DNA of 64,000 nucleotides from Bradyrhizobium sp. (GCF_004799445.1 NZ_SSNA01000121.1:4234-68233); one strand, 5' to 3'; counted from the first letter of the stretch, positions 28,263 to 37,136 are shown. Made by a program: numbers and translations. The notes: a model not told the origin generated them from the letters alone.

Positions 28263-28883
28263 ATGGGTGATGTCAGCAGAAAATCCCACTGGGAGAACGT
28301 TTACACCACCAAGGGCGAAAGAGAAGTCAGCTGGTTTCAGGATAATCCCGCGCCGTCGCTTGAACTGATCGCTCTCGCAGGTCTTTCCGAAGCTGCCTCC
28401 ATCATCGATATCGGAGGCGGCGCGTCACGACTCGTTGATATCCTGGTCGAGCGGAATCTCGGGCCGATCACGGTTTTGGATCTTTCCGCCGCCGCGCTCG
28501 ATGCAGCCCGAAAGCGTCTCGGCAGCAGGGCGGCCGAAGTCCAATGGGTGGCTGCCGATATCACCACCTGGGAGCCAACCCAAACTTACGATCTGTGGCA
28601 CGACCGTGCCGCGTTTCATTTCCTGACCGATCCGGCCGATCGGTCCGCCTATGTCGAGCGGCTGAAAAAGGCCGTCAAGCGCGGCGGCTATGTCGTGATC
28701 GGCACCTTCGCCCTGGACGGCCCGGAGAAGTGCAGCGGATTGCCGATCGTCCGCTACGACGCAGGCTCCCTGTCGGAAATTCTCGGGACTGATTTCAAAC
28801 TGATCGACGCGCGGCGGCACGACCACGCCACGCCATGGGGCGCGGTGCAGAAATTTCAGTTCAGCACATTTCGCCGGAACTGA
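28263..28883 (+). CDS. Class I SAM-dependent methyltransferase
   Basis: Within ORF 28224..28883; start at MGDVSRKSHWENVY; motif I IIDIGGGASRL. Confidence 0.8.
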   Translation: MGDVSRKSHWENVYTTKGEREVSWFQDNPAPSLELIALAGLSEAASIIDIGGGASRLVDILVERNLGPITVLDLSAAALDAARKRLGSRAAEVQWVAADITTWEPTQTYDLWHDRAAFHFLTDPADRSAYVERLKKAVKRGGYVVIGTFALDGPEKCSGLPIVRYDAGSLSEILGTDFKLIDARRHDHATPWGAVQKFQFSTFRRN

Positions 28884-28922
28884 ATTGCGCCACGATTTGA
28901 TCGACCGTTGTCGAGGTGCGCC

Positions 28923-31900
28923 TCACGCCCTCGCCATCGCCTGCGAAAACACCACTTCGATCAGCGTGCCGGAACGCGCACCGGTCCTGATATGGAATTG
29001 TGCGCGGTTGGCTTCGACCAGCGCCTTGGTCAGTGAAAGGCTGACGCCGGAGCCGTCCGGCGCCTGATCCGAGGGGGCTTGCGTCCGGAACGGCTCCAGC
29101 GCGGCGGCGACCTCGTTGTCGTTGAGCCCGTGGCCGGTATCGCGGACCCGCAGCGCCACCTCGCCGAAATCCGTCAGCGCTGTGGAGACGATGACCTGGC
29201 CGCCGGCATTGGCGAGATGGATCGAATTGCCGATCAGATTCAGCGCGATCTGCCGCAACGCGCGCGCGTCGGCGACGACCGGCGGCAACATGTGCGCCAG
29301 CGAGGTGCGGATGATGATGCGTTCGCGGTTGGCTTGCGGCTGCATCACCGCGACGCAACTTTCGACGAGGTCGTTGAGGTTCTGGCTGGCGAAGGCGAGA
29401 TCGAGCTTGCCGGTCTCGATCCGGCTGAGATCGGTAAGGTCGTCGATGATGGCGATCACGCGTTCGCCGGAGGCGCGAATGTCCTTCATGTATTCGACGT
29501 AACGCTCATTGCCGAGCGCGCCAAACCGCTCGCCGATCATCACTTCGGCAAAGCCGATGATGGCGTTGAGCGGCGTGCGGACTTCGTGGCTGATCCGCGC
29601 CAGCAGGTCCGCCCTGGCGTTCGCCGAGCGATCGGCCAGCCGCCGCGCCTCGCGCAGTTCGGTTTCGCTGGTCTTGCTCTGCGACAGATCACGGAACACG
29701 GCGAAGAAATTCGGACCATCGGGCCGGGTCCGTCCCATGGTCATCGACAGCGGGATCAGGCCGCCGCCGCGAACGCGGCCGAGGACTTCGCGGCCGTGAT
29801 CGAGGAGGCTGGCGACGCCGCTGCCTTTGATGCCCCCGAGATAGTCCTTGACCGCGGACTGGCTCTCCGGCGCAAACAGCTCGGCGACATTGCGCCGCAC
29901 CAGTTCGGCGCCGTCGTGGCCGAACAGCGCTTCGGCGCTGCGATTGCAGGAGTTAATGTGGCCCTCGGCATCGAACATCACGATGCCTTCGGCCGTGGTA
30001 TCGAGGATGGCGCCGAGCTCTTCGGCATCGGCGTGGCCGACGGCGGATGGTTCCGGCGCGGGCACGGCATGGCCGATCGCGGCCGCGACCTTTCCACTTT
30101 CCAAACCTGCGCCTTGCGTGCCCGCGCCGGAGAAAATCAAGGCCAGCGCGCTCTCGTCGTCCCAGCTGATGGTGTAGAGGCGCGCGTCGATCGCCGAGGT
30201 GTGTTCGCCCGCGGCTTGCGGCGCGGCAATCGTCACCGGCGTCCCGGTGTCCGATGTACTGCTGGCGCTGGAGACGCCGGGCTCGACATAGAGCGCGTCG
30301 AGACCGCCGGCCTGCTCCAGGGTATAAAGGCTTGGATAGCCGACGCGCTCGAGGAACGCCGCATTGGCATAAAGCAGCCGGTCAAGCCGATAGATCAGGA
30401 CGCCCACGGGCAAGAGATCGAGCAGCATCCGGTCGCGCCGGGTCTCGCCGCGCGCCGGCGGCTCGGGGCGCGCCAGCCAGCTCGGCTGCTCGGCGATCTT
30501 CTCGGGAGTTTCGGGTGCGGCCTGCGGCTCGACAGCCGCCTCCGCCGCGGCGGGAGCGCCGTTCTCGTTCTCGAGCCGCGCCGACAATTGCCGGGCGAGC
30601 TCGTCGAAGGCGCTGTTTTCCACCGGCGACAGCACCGGCGCTCTCGGTTCGCTGATCGGCCGGAACGGCACGACGTTCTTCAGCACTTCCTTGGGCACTT
30701 CCTTGGGCGGTTCCACAGGTGTTTCCAAATCGGTTGGTTGTGAAGTCTCGGGACGGGTCGGCGATTCCAGCGCAGCGGCGGAGGCAGCGACATCTGGCGC
30801 CGCCGGCGGCTCCGCGGCAGGCCAGGGTTGGGCAAGGTCGGCGGCAACGGCAAGCTGCGGGACGGTCTCCGGCGCCGTCGCCGCGTCGTTAAAGCATTCC
30901 TGAGTCAAGCATGCTTGATTTAAGGTTTCCTGGCGGCGCAGCGCGTCAAGCCGCGCCAGGCCGTCGAGATCACGGCAGACGCCAAACCCCCGATAGCCGG
31001 CATAATTCCGCGCGCGGTCATGGACCGGCAATCCGGACAATTCCACCGCCAGGTGGCTGCCGCCATCGACCGGCCAGTCCAGGATGATGCCGCTCCAGGT
31101 ATGGCGCGTGGCGATCGCCTTGACGACGCGGCCCTCCGGATCGAGCCCGAAGGTCTCGGCGATGTCGCTCCACGGCCGGCCGAAGCCGGCGGCGGTGCGC
31201 GCGCCGATCAGGCGGGTGAATTCGTCGGAGCCGAGCGCGAAGCGGCCATCGGCATCCATCTGCCACATGAAGCGCAGCGGATGCCGGCGCGGCTGCGGCG
31301 AGGGCTCGTCGAACTGCGGCGCCTCGACCGGCTGCGGTGCGACCGAGGGCGGGACGGGCGCCTCATTCACGGCCGGTGGCTCGGCCACGGCCGCAGGCGC
31401 CGGCGCATCGGCCACGGCTGCGACAGGCGGTGGTTCGGCAGCGATGGGTTCGACCGCGGACCTATCGGGCGCTTCGGCGAATTCGTCGATCAAGGCGAAC
31501 TCGGCCGGCGCTTCGCCTGAGATCGCCGGTCGTTCATAGTCGGGGATCGGCAGATCGCCGGGCGCAGCGATCGGTTGCTGTGCCGGCGTCGCCGCCGCAT
31601 CTGGCGCGGGATGCCTGAGGTGCGCGGCCTGCGTTGCGCCGGTTGCGATCAGCGCAACCAGGCCGACATCGGCGCCGCTGCCGACCCGCTGCAGCACCAT
31701 GTGGCCGATGCCAACGGGCATTTCGGAGCGGCCCTGCTTCAGCGCGCCTTCGCGCGCGTCGTCGAGGCCGGCTTCGGACAGATTGCTAAAACCGAGCAGC
31801 GAACGCGCGGCGTCGCTGGCGCCGACGAACATGCCGTCGCGGGCGAAGGCGGCGATCGGGCTGTCGATGTCTTCGACCAGGCGTTGCAGCCGCTCGACCA

Positions 31901-32285
31901 GCGGCATCGGCCGGCCGACCGGCTCGGCGGCCACGATCAGAATGCCGTGGCTGCCGTCGGCAAATTCAAGCCGCGCGCAGCCGCAGGTGATGAGCGCTCC
32001 GAGCGCCGTGCCGAAGCCGCGCAGACGCTGCAGCCGGATCGTTCCTGTCGGCGGCAGCCGGTGGGCGAGTTGCGCCACCTGACGCCGATGCGAATCCGCC
32101 GGGCCGAATGTTTTTTTGGCGAGGCTGGCGCCATTGGCCGCGCCGAACAGCCTGGCGCCGACCGGATTGGCCCACAGCACCCGCGTGCCGTCGGTCGACC
32201 ACAGCCATGCGGGGAGGGGGCTCGTTGCATGCACCGCCAGTCGCGGATCGCCGACGCCTTGCAACTGGAATTCCGCATTGTTCAT
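28923..32285 (-). CDS. Large PAS-domain sensor histidine kinase
   Basis: 1120 aa; H-box ARISHEVRTPLNAIIGFAEVM; N-box LIGNSIHLANAGG; G-boxes DTGHGL and GSGVSLSL; central Pro/Ala-rich low-complexity linkers. Confidence 0.9.
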   Translation of the reverse strand: MNNAEFQLQGVGDPRLAVHATSPLPAWLWSTDGTRVLWANPVGARLFGAANGASLAKKTFGPADSHRRQVAQLAHRLPPTGTIRLQRLRGFGTALGALITCGCARLEFADGSHGILIVAAEPVGRPMPLVERLQRLVEDIDSPIAAFARDGMFVGASDAARSLLGFSNLSEAGLDDAREGALKQGRSEMPVGIGHMVLQRVGSGADVGLVALIATGATQAAHLRHPAPDAAATPAQQPIAAPGDLPIPDYERPAISGEAPAEFALIDEFAEAPDRSAVEPIAAEPPPVAAVADAPAPAAVAEPPAVNEAPVPPSVAPQPVEAPQFDEPSPQPRRHPLRFMWQMDADGRFALGSDEFTRLIGARTAAGFGRPWSDIAETFGLDPEGRVVKAIATRHTWSGIILDWPVDGGSHLAVELSGLPVHDRARNYAGYRGFGVCRDLDGLARLDALRRQETLNQACLTQECFNDAATAPETVPQLAVAADLAQPWPAAEPPAAPDVAASAAALESPTRPETSQPTDLETPVEPPKEVPKEVLKNVVPFRPISEPRAPVLSPVENSAFDELARQLSARLENENGAPAAAEAAVEPQAAPETPEKIAEQPSWLARPEPPARGETRRDRMLLDLLPVGVLIYRLDRLLYANAAFLERVGYPSLYTLEQAGGLDALYVEPGVSSASSTSDTGTPVTIAAPQAAGEHTSAIDARLYTISWDDESALALIFSGAGTQGAGLESGKVAAAIGHAVPAPEPSAVGHADAEELGAILDTTAEGIVMFDAEGHINSCNRSAEALFGHDGAELVRRNVAELFAPESQSAVKDYLGGIKGSGVASLLDHGREVLGRVRGGGLIPLSMTMGRTRPDGPNFFAVFRDLSQSKTSETELREARRLADRSANARADLLARISHEVRTPLNAIIGFAEVMIGERFGALGNERYVEYMKDIRASGERVIAIIDDLTDLSRIETGKLDLAFASQNLNDLVESCVAVMQPQANRERIIIRTSLAHMLPPVVADARALRQIALNLIGNSIHLANAGGQVIVSTALTDFGEVALRVRDTGHGLNDNEVAAALEPFRTQAPSDQAPDGSGVSLSLTKALVEANRAQFHIRTGARSGTLIEVVFSQAMARA

Positions 32286-32599
32286 TGTGGTGATATGACC
32301 GACTGGTTTGGCTGTTGCCCGATCATGGCGTCAGATAGCGGCGGCCAGACGATGACAGCCTTAACGGACCGTTAGTATCGCCCGCGCGCGACCGCAGGTC
32401 CACGGCCTGGTCGCGGGAGCGGTCTGCAAAGGCCCGATAACCTTAACTTGTTGGACCTTGCCCTTAGGCTCGGGCGTTGGGTGCTGCAAGCATCAAATCT
32501 CCACGAGCAGGGCCCCGCGTCATGTCGGCGCAGCGTTATGCCGATAGGCTGGGGCGTACCGACAACCGGGCTGTGAATGGCCCTGCAGGGAGTGGAACC

Positions 32600-32983
32600 A
32601 TGAGCGAAAATGGGCATGACCGTTTCGAGATTCCCAAGGAAATGCGATCGATGGCCGAGGCCAGCTTCGACCAGGCCCGCAAGGCTTTCGAGAAATTCCT
32701 CACCGGCGCGCAGGCGACCGCGGGCTCGCTCGAGGAGCGCGGCGCCACCGTTCGCGCCGGCGCCAGGGACATCGGCGCCAAGGCGATGTCCTATGCCGAA
32801 AAGAACGTGCAGGCCGCGCTCGACTACGCGCAATCGCTGCTGCACGCCAAGGATCTCACCGAAGTGATGCGGCTGCACAGCGAATACGTGCAATCGCAGA
32901 TGCGGTCGCTGGCCGAGCAGGCGAGCGAAATGGGCCAGATTGTCAGCCACGCGACGTTGGAGGCCGCCAAACCCAAAACCTGA
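32600..32983 (+). CDS. Phasin family protein
   Basis: Within ORF 32477..32983; start at MSENGHDRFEIPKEMRSMAEASFDQARKAFEKF; phasin_2-like. Confidence 0.85.
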   Translation: MSENGHDRFEIPKEMRSMAEASFDQARKAFEKFLTGAQATAGSLEERGATVRAGARDIGAKAMSYAEKNVQAALDYAQSLLHAKDLTEVMRLHSEYVQSQMRSLAEQASEMGQIVSHATLEAAKPKT

Positions 32984-33299
32984 GGATTGCCGAAGACCGG
33001 CAGAGTTTGAGAGGCTGAAGGGCCCCAGGCGCCGGCCGGCTTTCTCTGCTGGCGGAAGGCCGGGGGAGGCTCATGGCGCGACCCCCCCGGCCTCAAGGGT
33101 GCACCCCGCACGTGTCTGCTATTACCGCTTTGCACCTTAAATTGCATTGCATTGCACAAAATTGACATGATAAGGGTGTTATCTGTCGGAAGCCCGACAC
33201 AAAGGGCGCTCCCACCAGGTGATCCAAGTCGACGTTCCCGGAGGTAACCGGGCGCGCAAGGGGTCACACCTTTTCACCCCGTTGCGAAGGATAAATGCC

Positions 33300-33734
33300 A
33301 TGGCCAATTCCACTGATCCCTTCTCCGCCTCCATCATCCCGTTCGAGGTCCCCGAGCAGATGCGCGCGTTCGCCGAAAAGGGTGTCTCGCAGGCGCGAGA
33401 CAGCTATGCCAAGTTCAAGGACGTCGCCGAAACCCACAACGGCACCATCGAGGCGGTGTTTGCCAGCGCCAACAAGGGCGCCAGCGCCTACTCCGCCAAG
33501 CTGATGGAAATGATGAAGTCCAACAGCACCGCGACACTCGACTTCGCCCAGCAACTGATCGGCGTTAAATCGCCTTCGGAAGCGATGGAGTTGTGGACCG
33601 CCCACGCCAAGAAGCAGTACGAGGCCTTCACCGCCTACAGCAAGGAGCTCGCCGAACTGTCGCAGAAGGTCGCGGCCGAAACCGTCGAGCCGATCAAGAC
33701 CAGCGCGTCGAAGCTGTTCAAGCCGGCGGCGTAA
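33300..33734 (+). CDS. Phasin family protein
   Basis: Within ORF 33219..33734; start at MANSTDPFSASIIPFEVPEQMRAFAEKGVSQARDSYAKF. Confidence 0.88.
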   Translation: MANSTDPFSASIIPFEVPEQMRAFAEKGVSQARDSYAKFKDVAETHNGTIEAVFASANKGASAYSAKLMEMMKSNSTATLDFAQQLIGVKSPSEAMELWTAHAKKQYEAFTAYSKELAELSQKVAAETVEPIKTSASKLFKPAA

Positions 33735-33763
33735 TCGCGCCAGCCTTCACCATTGCAAAAAAG

Positions 33764-33794
33764 GCCCGGGCGATAAGCCCGGGCTTTTTGTTTT
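33764..33794 (+). terminator. Rho-independent terminator after the second phasin gene
   Basis: GCCCGGGC-GATAA-GCCCGGGC followed by TTTTTGTTTT. Confidence 0.85.
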
Positions 33795-33843
33795 GGGCGG
33801 TGCGCGGGCAAGGCTGCGGCGCGAGGTTGAGGTTAAAAATGGT

Positions 33844-33968
33844 GTCGTCCCTGCGAACGCAGGGACCCATAATCACCACTTTGAGCGGCTAGGAGGAAAT
33901 CTCGCCGCGGCCTCCTGGCCTATATCGCACCGGCACGGTGTATGGGTCCCTGCGTTCGCGGGGACGAC
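33844..33968. repeat. Repeat family E copy
   Basis: GTCGTCCCTGCGAACGCAGGGACCCAT ... TATGGGTCCCTGCGTTCGCGGGGACGAC. Confidence 0.8.
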
Positions 33969-34058
33969 ATAAGTAGGGTCGCCCGGCCTTGCCAAAGTGC
34001 GGCGTTGCACCTAGTTTCCGCCCGGTTCGCGACCCCTTTTTGGGGCCGCGCAAGGGAT

Positions 34059-34135
34059 GCAGTTGTAGCTCAGTTGGTTAGAGCGCCTGTCTGTGGAACA
34101 GGAGGTCGGTGGTTCGAGCCCACCCAACTGTACCA
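34059..34135 (+). tRNA. tRNA-His: tRNA-His (anticodon GTG), encoded CCA, no encoded G-1
   Basis: Cloverleaf read by eye: acceptor GCAGTTG/CAACTGT (G1:U72), D arm GCTCAGTTGGTTAGAGC, anticodon stem CCTGT/ACAGG with loop CTGTGGA (GTG at 34093..34095), T arm GGTGG-TTCGAGC-CCACC, A73, CCA. Confidence 0.93.
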
Positions 34136-34375
34136 CTTAGCCTTATCCCGAAACGCAACGCCGTGACGACGTCCGGCTGATCACCTGCCATGCCGCTCGT
34201 CCTGCCTTTCGCGGCACGCGCGCAAAACATGGCGCAAGATTGCATCTCGTGGGGTGAAGAGCCTGTCGTCCCCGAGCGCGCGGCTTGCCGCTACAGGCTG
34301 ACGCAGGGGGTCCGCTTCTGCTTGCCACCTCCGCTTCGTTCACCCACACTTCGCGAATCAACGCTTGGGGGATTC

Positions 34376-34708
34376 ATGTTCGGCTTTGCCGTCCGGCCCG
34401 GAAATTTCCAGTTCACGCTGATGTCGGCGGTGGCGCTGTCATTGCTGATGTGGCCTGCCGCGAGCCGGGCCTACACGCCTGAGGAGGAGCAAGCCTGCAG
34501 CGGCGATGCGTTCCAGCTGTGCAACGCGGAGATTCCGGATGTCGACCGCGTCACGGCCTGCATGGTCAGGAAGCAATCCCAGCTCAGTCCGGGTTGCCGG
34601 GCATACTTCCGGGCCGAACCTGAGGTCGTGCCGGTTGCTGCGGGAAGACCGCTCAGCATCAGGCCGGGCCACCTGCGAAAACCGCGCAAACCCAGAAAGC
34701 CCACCTAG
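34376..34708 (+). CDS. Hypothetical secreted Cys-containing protein
   Basis: Within ORF 34190..34708; start at MFGFAVRPGNFQFTLMSAVALSLLMWPAASRA (signal-peptide-like); four Cys; basic PRKPRKP tail. Confidence 0.5.
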   Translation: MFGFAVRPGNFQFTLMSAVALSLLMWPAASRAYTPEEEQACSGDAFQLCNAEIPDVDRVTACMVRKQSQLSPGCRAYFRAEPEVVPVAAGRPLSIRPGHLRKPRKPRKPT

Positions 34709-34830
34709 AGCGAAATGACTTTTCGTTGAATCGTCATCTCGCTCTATCTTTTTGTTTGAGCATGATCTTTTCGGAAAACCGCAGCCCACTTTGCGCTAAC
34801 GCGGCCCTTCGGGTCCGGATCATGCTCTAG
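34705..34830. repeat. Repeat family G copy flanked by CTAGAGCG / CATGCTCTAG
   Basis: GAGCATGATCTTTTCGGAAAACCGCAGCCCACTTTGCG...CCGGATCATGCTCTAG, related to 18735..18812. Confidence 0.7.
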
Positions 34831-35173
34831 CGTTGGCCGCTGAACGGCGGCGTCCACATGCATTTGATGATGGATGCGGCCGGATTGTCGGCGCGCGCAT
34901 CTGCCTGCCGCGAAGGCGGCCTCGCGTCATCCGGACTCGGTTTGTTCGCGCCCGGCGCCCGCCGTTGGCCATATGAATGGGACGGCGTCGATACTCGGAT
35001 AGGTTGAACCGCGTCGGATTTGCCGAAGCCGGCAGGAAAATCGCGCATCGCGATTCAAAAAACGCCCTCGCGATTCAATTTTCGGGCATGCCGCAGTGCA
35101 TGGTGTGACTCAAAAAGCAGCCTCTCCGATAAATCGCGGCTTTGTTGTGGTTGATTGTAGATTTTTCTTTCAC

Positions 35174-35191
35174 GAATCAGCGCGCTGATTC
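35174..35191. promoter_or_regulatory. Perfect 18-bp palindrome GAATCAGCGCGCTGATTC upstream of the parA-like gene
   Basis: Read directly; ends 36 nt upstream of ATG 35228; direct repeats TCGCGATTCAA at 35048 and 35068 lie further upstream. Confidence 0.4.
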
Positions 35192-35227
35192 ATTTTCCAT
35201 ATCTGGGGGCAATCTGGAGGCCAAGGT

Positions 35228-35908
35228 ATGAACGTCATTGTTTTTGCATCGCGTAAAGGCGGCTCGGGAAAGAGTACCCTGGCTGCTCATCTTGCCGCGC
35301 ATATCCATAAAGCAGCGAAGCCATGCCTGATGGTCGATGCCGACCCGCAGGGATCGCTCACGCTCTGGCACAAGTTGCGGGGAACCAACGAGCCGCCGAT
35401 CAAGACGGCGGTCAATTCCGTCAGCGGCATCGTCGCCGCCGCCAAGCGTGACGGCTTCGAATGGGTGTTCATCGACACGCCGCCGAACACGTCAGCGGTC
35501 GTGGAAGATGCCATCAGGAACGCCACCATGGTGATCATTCCGGCGCGGCCGGGGGTCTTCGACGTCAACGCCGTGCAGGAAACGATTCAGACCTGCCGCG
35601 CCGCGCGCAAGCCCTATGCAGTCGTGATCAACGGCGCCCCGGCACGCAGGGACGAGGTGGAGAGTCGCATCGTGACGCTTGCGCGGGAAGCGCTGACCAA
35701 GTTCCGTGCGCCGGTGTGGGGCGGCCAGATCACCAACCGCGCCGATCTGCTGATGGCACTCGGCAAGGGTGAAGGTGCCCGCGAATATTACGCCGAAGGC
35801 CGCGCAGCGGCAGAGATCAGCCGGTTATGGGCTGCGATCGAACGCTCGGTGAAGGCGATCCGCGGCACGGCGTCGGCGAGCGGCACGATGCACAAGCAGG
35901 CGGCGTAG
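35228..35908 (+). CDS. Orphan ParA/MinD-like P-loop ATPase (small type-Ib ParA/ParF-like size)
   Basis: 226 aa; deviant Walker A SRKGGSGKST; DADPQGS; IIDTPP-like FIDTPP; no ParB/ParG-like ORF adjacent. Confidence 0.85.
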   Translation: MNVIVFASRKGGSGKSTLAAHLAAHIHKAAKPCLMVDADPQGSLTLWHKLRGTNEPPIKTAVNSVSGIVAAAKRDGFEWVFIDTPPNTSAVVEDAIRNATMVIIPARPGVFDVNAVQETIQTCRAARKPYAVVINGAPARRDEVESRIVTLAREALTKFRAPVWGGQITNRADLLMALGKGEGAREYYAEGRAAAEISRLWAAIERSVKAIRGTASASGTMHKQAA

Positions 35909-35934
35909 TTTCGCCGCACGGCCAGTTCTACAAA

Positions 35935-35960
35935 GAACGCGCGGGCTCCGCGCGTTTTTC
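35935..35960 (+). terminator. Rho-independent terminator after the parA-like gene
   Basis: GAACGCGCGG-GCTC-CGCGCGTT followed by TTTC. Confidence 0.75.
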
Positions 35961-35990
35961 TGTTGTGGTCCGCACGCGACCACGCATCCA

Positions 35991-36076
35991 TCGTCATTGC
36001 GGGCAACGCTAGAAGCGATCCAATCTTTTCCGGTCGCGCATGGATTGCGCCCGTCATCGGGCGCGCATTGGCGCGG
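35991..36076. repeat. Diverged partial copy related to repeat family B
   Basis: TCGTCATTGCGGGCAACGC...GATCCAATC...TGGATTGCGCCCGTCATCGGGCGCGCATTGGCGCG shares motifs with family B. Confidence 0.45.
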
Positions 36077-36085
36077 AGCGGCGGG

Positions 36086-36190
36086 CTAGAGCGTTTTCGA
36101 GCGAACTGGATACCGGTTTGCGTGAAGAAAACGCGTCAAAAAAAGATTAGAGCGTCGGTTCTGATGCAATCAGAACCGATCTTGCTCTAA
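36086..36190. repeat. Repeat family C copy with extra hairpin (GGTTCTGATGCAATCAGAACC)
   Basis: CTAGAGCGTTTTCGAGCGAACTGGATACCGGTTTGCGTGAAGAAAACGCGTC... Confidence 0.75.
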
Positions 36191-36217
36191 CCGGCACCAG
36201 GCGCAGGACGCGCGACC

Positions 36218-36352
36218 TCAAGCCACCATCAGCATATAGAACACGATGACCGGCGACAGGCTCAGGATGACCGACCAGATGCCGACCGCCCAAAGAATGT
36301 CCTGCATGCTAAAGCCCCGGTGTTCGGGTAAGGAATCGTTCTGATTGCTCAT
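36218..36352 (-). CDS. Unannotated small membrane ORF (44 aa): MSNQNDSLPEHRGFSMQDILWAVGIWSVILSLSPVIVFYMLMVA
   Basis: Hand-translated, below the ORF-track cutoff; GGGG 4 nt upstream of the ATG; one TM helix; paralog at 36656..36799. Confidence 0.35.
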   Translation of the reverse strand: MSNQNDSLPEHRGFSMQDILWAVGIWSVILSLSPVIVFYMLMVA

Positions 36353-36467
36353 GATGCCCCGCGCTTCTTGCTGTTATGGCGGCATGGATACACGCGGAAT
36401 TTTAAAAAGCCGGCGGCAACATCGCTCGCATTTTGAACACAGGTGCTACCGAGGATTAACCACAGCG

Positions 36468-36616
36468 GTAGCGTTTTCGAGCGAAGTGGGTACCGGTTCG
36501 CGTCAAGAAAACGCGTCAGATAGAGCAGCGTTTTCGAGCGAAGCATGCCCTCGGACTTTGATCCGGGGGTGGGTACCGGTTCGCGTCAAGAAAACGCGTC
36601 GAACAAGAATAGAGCC
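36468..36616. repeat. Two adjacent repeat family C copies
   Basis: Copy 36468..36526 and copy 36527..36616 (the latter interrupted by CATGCCCTCGGACTTTGATCCGGGGG). Confidence 0.8.
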
Positions 36617-36655
36617 CGACCGCTTCAGGCCTGCTCGGGCCGGGCTAATGCCGTC

Positions 36656-36799
36656 TCAGCTTCCCATCAAGAGGCGGAAGGCCAGCACCGGCGACAGGCC
36701 GAGCAGCGCCGCCCACAATCCGAACGACGACACCAGAAGAAGATCCTGCATCCTCTCGGCGCGTTCGGAATTCGGATATCTGGTTTTTTGAGTGGTCAT
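36656..36799 (-). CDS. Unannotated small membrane ORF (47 aa): MTTQKTRYPNSERAERMQDLLLVSSFGLWAALLGLSPVLAFRLLMGS
   Basis: Hand-translated; GGGGA about 5 nt upstream of the ATG; shares MQD(I/L)L..W..L(S/G)LSPV..F..LM with 36218..36352. Confidence 0.4.
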   Translation of the reverse strand: MTTQKTRYPNSERAERMQDLLLVSSFGLWAALLGLSPVLAFRLLMGS

Positions 36800-37003
36800 T
36801 GTTTTCCCCGCCTTTTGCCGCTGGGGACGTCAATTAGCCTCAAATTCTGAAGATGGGGACCGCCGCATGGGGCGAATTTGAATGGCTGCGGTCACCATGC
36901 ATTAACCACAGGGGGCAACCTCAGAGATGACCGATGCCGGACTAGCGCCCGGCGCCGCCGACAGTCCATGAGCTCCGCGATCTTGCTGACTGATCGGCCT
37001 TGT

Positions 37004-37017
37004 TTGATGTCCGTCAA
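37004..37017. promoter_or_regulatory. Perfect FixK/FNR box TTGATGTCCGTCAA
   Basis: TTGA-N6-TCAA; box ends 119 nt upstream of ATG 37137 of the CoA-transferase gene. Confidence 0.6.
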
Positions 37018-37136
37018 ATGCTCCAGCTGTTGTCGGCGTTAAAGACGTGATGGTCGATGTTGCCAGACTGGCTTTTCCGTCCTCCTCGCTGCTGGAGCGA
37101 GTTGAGGGAAGAATTCTTTTGATTACGGGGCCTTTA

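Noticed and set aside
27406-32285. PNP-domain protein next to a large histidine kinase as a Detocs-like defence system
   Set aside because: The PNP-family protein has no receiver domain. No separate receiver or buffer protein is present. The genes are on different strands with a methyltransferase gene between them, and the kinase looks like a housekeeping PAS kinase.
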